DNA from: Eledone cirrhosa
Taxonomy: Eukaryota
Assembly: GCA_964016885.1 (NCBI GenBank)
Contig: OZ024742.1
Location: 134,044,001-134,108,000, forward strand
DNA: 64,000 nt
Direction: 5' to 3'
Positions 60,650 to 64,000 of the stretch are shown piece after piece. Under the pieces are notes generated by a model. It searched no databases and was not told the origin of the DNA. It saw only the letters and a list, made by a program, of their open reading frames with translations. A program made the translations under genes and the position numbers. Each line of letters starts with the position of its first letter. Position 1 is the first letter of the stretch.

Positions 60650-61510
60650 TCACATACGTCCTTTTAAGCATATGCCAGCACTCCTAACAGAAGTAACAGC
60701 AACATCTACCAGTTACTGTTATGAGGGCGAAACTTGTCATTAGGTTGCAGTTCGCGTATTTCTTAGATTCTATAACATCTGCAATGAGTACGATATCATA
60801 CCTAATACGTGTAAACAACAGAAATATTCTTTGAGTATATACCAGAAAGAGATATGCCACGAGGTGTAGGTGGTACTCACCGAAATAAGCACAAACTCAA
60901 TAACCAGCACCTAAATCAACCGAACAAACACTCTGGAATCCCCAATTACCTAAACTAAAATATATCCCGGCTAACCCAATAACGTAATCCAAAGCCCATT
61001 CAGTTTAACAAACCGATAAAACTGATCAAATTGACGGAGAGAATCTACAGGCTCAGGAAAAACATAAATTACAATAGAATATAAATTCACATTTATCGGT
61101 AAGACGTTAACAACAATGAGAAAAAGACAACGTCTTAACTATAAACAGATTTCAAATCTAAAATCTATTAAATCGAACCGAGATATAGTTAAAAAATAAA
61201 AGGTACGAAAACTTATATCAGAAAGCTTTAACAATCCAAATAAAATATATCGAACACTATTTCACATAAAATATATCTCCGTCCAACGATGATTCGAGCA
61301 TGTAAAATAATAGAAACCGTTGAATGATGAATACATATTTTCCAACAGAGAAAGTGGCTGATCACAGTGTCTACAAAAATTACTTGAAAACAACTTCGAG
61401 AACTAATCGTGTTTCACCCTACATTCTCACCTATAAGAATACTTAGCAAAAATCCAAAACATCCCAGAAGATCACGCAACAATCATAGTCATCAAAAACT
61501 TATCAAAACT
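60650..61510 (+). pseudogene. Possible very degenerate LINE APE-endonuclease remnant
   Basis: A-rich strand with only RGVG and ADH-like motifs. Confidence 0.25.
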
Positions 61511-61663
61511 CATGTATGCATGTATCTATAGATTTATCTATCTATCTATCTTCCCCTTCACACTCTCTCTCTTTCGCTCTCTATATCCCTCTATCTCTCT
61601 CACTATCTCTCCCTCTCTCTATCTCTGTATATATAGATTATATATATATATATATATTATATA

Positions 61664-61721
<58 letters not shown>

Positions 61722-61893
61722 ACAGCCGTACAAAGAGTGAGAAATGAAATTTCGTTTCATTTTTTCCGTTTATCGTTTTCGGTGCGCCGGGCGGATTAAC
61801 TCACTCGATATGCAAATTAGGCTGCTCAGCCGTTAATATCCATAAGGAAAGTATATACTTTCAGACTTTCAATCATCTGCCAGGAGGGTATAC

Positions 61894-61932
61894 GTTGCTG
61901 ACGATAGCTAATAAGCTTGAAACTAGTACAGC
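61894..61932 (+). ncRNA. Minimal type I hammerhead ribozyme
   Basis: GTTG-CTGACGA-tAGCT aata AGCTt-GAAA-CTAG-TA-CAGC. Confidence 0.88.
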
Positions 61933-62144
61933 TTGCCTTTGTCAGTGTTGAACAAACGAGCAACGATGGTTGCTAGACACTGTACGGCTCAATTCGGGAT
62001 GTTTGTTTACAAACACACCGAGCATTATAATAAATGTTCGGTGAATCCATACGTACATATATATGTGTGTGCATGTATGTATATATATATTCATATACTG
62101 TACTTATACATACTTATGTATATATATACATATATATATATATA

Positions 62145-64000
62145 GGTGTATTATACTATGAACATTTCAATGACCGGGTTCAGTATGAATCCGGTTATAT
62201 CATCAGGTATTCAAAATATAACAAAGGAATATAACAGATAAAATCCATGGGGCTGAACATCAGAGACAAGAGGATGACCGACTATTTAGCAGCTTCTACC
62301 TCAGTCGGCCGCCCTCAAGTGTTGATTATTAAGTCTACTTATGACCATCTGTTGATGGGCGCAAGCTTATAATGTGCTACTACCTTCCCGTCAAAGAGAA
62401 ATGTCAGCATTGAGGTCATGCCACAATAAAGTTGACTATGCGTGCTAGAAATTACCGCGAAAAATGTTTTTTCCAAATAACATATATCTTTAACAAAGGT
62501 ATATATAGTGGGCGCCTGTATGGTATAATGTGTGGACAGAAACTTCGGTTAGCAATTAGAAACGTTAAACTTATGTTTAGAGTTATATGATGAAATAAAA
62601 TTTAATATTTGGGTTGTGAGATTTAGTTAAAGAATTTACAGAAATAGTCTTTTATGAAAAAGTTTAAGTGTATTATAGATAGTCTCGATAAGTTTTCAGG
62701 GTAGGATATATAGTAAAGATTAAGCCCTTGTTTAGCAGTCAATAACCAGCGACGACTGCAGACCCTGGCCAGACCTCCCTAACCACGTGTCAGCCGTTCC
62801 GAGTAATATCGTCTAGCGAAAGAAATGGAAATGGGAAGCACTCCAGGAATGTAACTGTCTTAGGCGTCGGGTGTGTAAGCGGGAAGTCAGCCATCGCCGT
62901 CAGGCCATCGTTTATACCAAACGAATACTATTAATTCACACAGGAGGGGAATTTAGTTACATGCCACTAGGGGGAGGCATGATACAGCTAATAGTTATGA
63001 TTAAGCCTATAATTTAAAGGTACTATTTGGCGGTCAAATCCGGCAGCGCGGCGAGTTCCAAGTCCGACTGGGCCCCGGGGCGAAGCAGCCGTTCCGAGTA
63101 ATTTCGATTACCGTAAGGAGGGGAAATTTAATTTTCAAAGCATTCAAGGAAGTCTTATCAACCCGAGTGCGTGGCGTGCAGTCGGGAAAGCCGCCACATC
63201 CATCGGATCATCGCGTGTTACCAAACGATTATTATATATTCACACCCGTGATGTGAAGTTGGAAGTGGTAAAACCCGATGTAATGCGCAAATAGACTATA
63301 TTTAGTCACCAGTTAATCCGGGTTATAAGTAGTGTGGTTCTTGGGTGGGTAGGGGGAGTGAATAAAGATAAACAGATATGAGGGTACAGAGAGTAATATT
63401 CTAGGGCCGTGTGCTAATGAGCACAGTGATTAGTATATAATGTGAGTAAAGCGAGTAGATAAATAGCTAAATAGAAGGAATAATAAGCAAAATAAATAAA
63501 TAAAAAGCAAAATACAAAAATACAAATACATACATACAGATACATAAATAAAACGCCGTCATAACTAGGGTGGTGATGGAGTAAAACGGAAGTATATAAG
63601 AACATATCGGAGAAATCAAAACACAGGGGAAATACAATATAGATCAAGGTGTAGTTGGATAATACAATGTTATACATATAGATATAGAGGATGGACGAGA
63701 TGGAATGGTATCAGATGATACATAGTGTATGTTCGAGTCTCAGAAATCAATGTGAATCACAACGGCGCTGAAGTATAGGATAGAGAATTCAGTCAATACA
63801 ATACAACTCATAGTATAATACGTAGAATGTTGTCGGAGTCTGAATATTCCCGACAGGGAAGCAGCAGTGGACCAGGTGGGCGGTAGACAAAATCCGAATG
63901 TTGTGTAGATCAGTTAGTCCCATGCTGGCGAAAGCTGTACACTGGAGTCAGTGCCGCTGTTCATTATTACAACTGAAAGCCCTCGACATTTCTGGAGCAT
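62145..64000 (-). mobile_element. Diverged relative of the 1-2633 non-autonomous HHR element
   Basis: 62153-62320 resembles 1568-1735, 63011-63035 resembles 49-73, and 63952-64000 resembles 1319-1366. Confidence 0.75.
62153..62210 (-). ncRNA. Type I hammerhead ribozyme
   Basis: Minus strand: ATAC-CTGATGA-tataACCGGATTCatactGAACCCGGTcatt-GAAA-TGTTCA-TA-GTAT. Confidence 0.82.

Overview
Eukaryotic, AT-rich, repeat-saturated genomic DNA with no recognisable host gene. The SINE families and long (TA)n/(ATT)n/(GAT)n tracts suggest a cephalopod (Octopus-like) genome; this is inference. The window has two zones of mobile elements. (1) About 1-32 kb and 61.7-64 kb: (TA)n tracts interspersed with many Penelope-like element (PLE) fragments, often as inverted repeats. 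These carry about a dozen type I hammerhead ribozyme (HHR) motifs with palindromic stem III, including two with enlarged stem II inserts and a ~2.25-kb apparently non-autonomous HHR-bearing family present at both ends of the window. This zone also has CR1-group, RTE and hAT remnants. (2) About 32.6-53.7 kb: a 'train' of elements sitting in (ATT)n microsatellite. It comprises two near-full-length degenerate L1/Tx1-clade LINEs plus three 3' fragments (all + strand), three R4/Dong-type fragments (all - strand), and many tRNA-derived Nin-domain SINEs whose 3' tail resembles the Tx1 3' end, including a SINE-head/LINE-body chimera. A 2-kb GGT/GTT satellite and a 200-N gap are also present. Most long ORFs in the track are microsatellite artefacts. 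All alignments and folds were done by eye.
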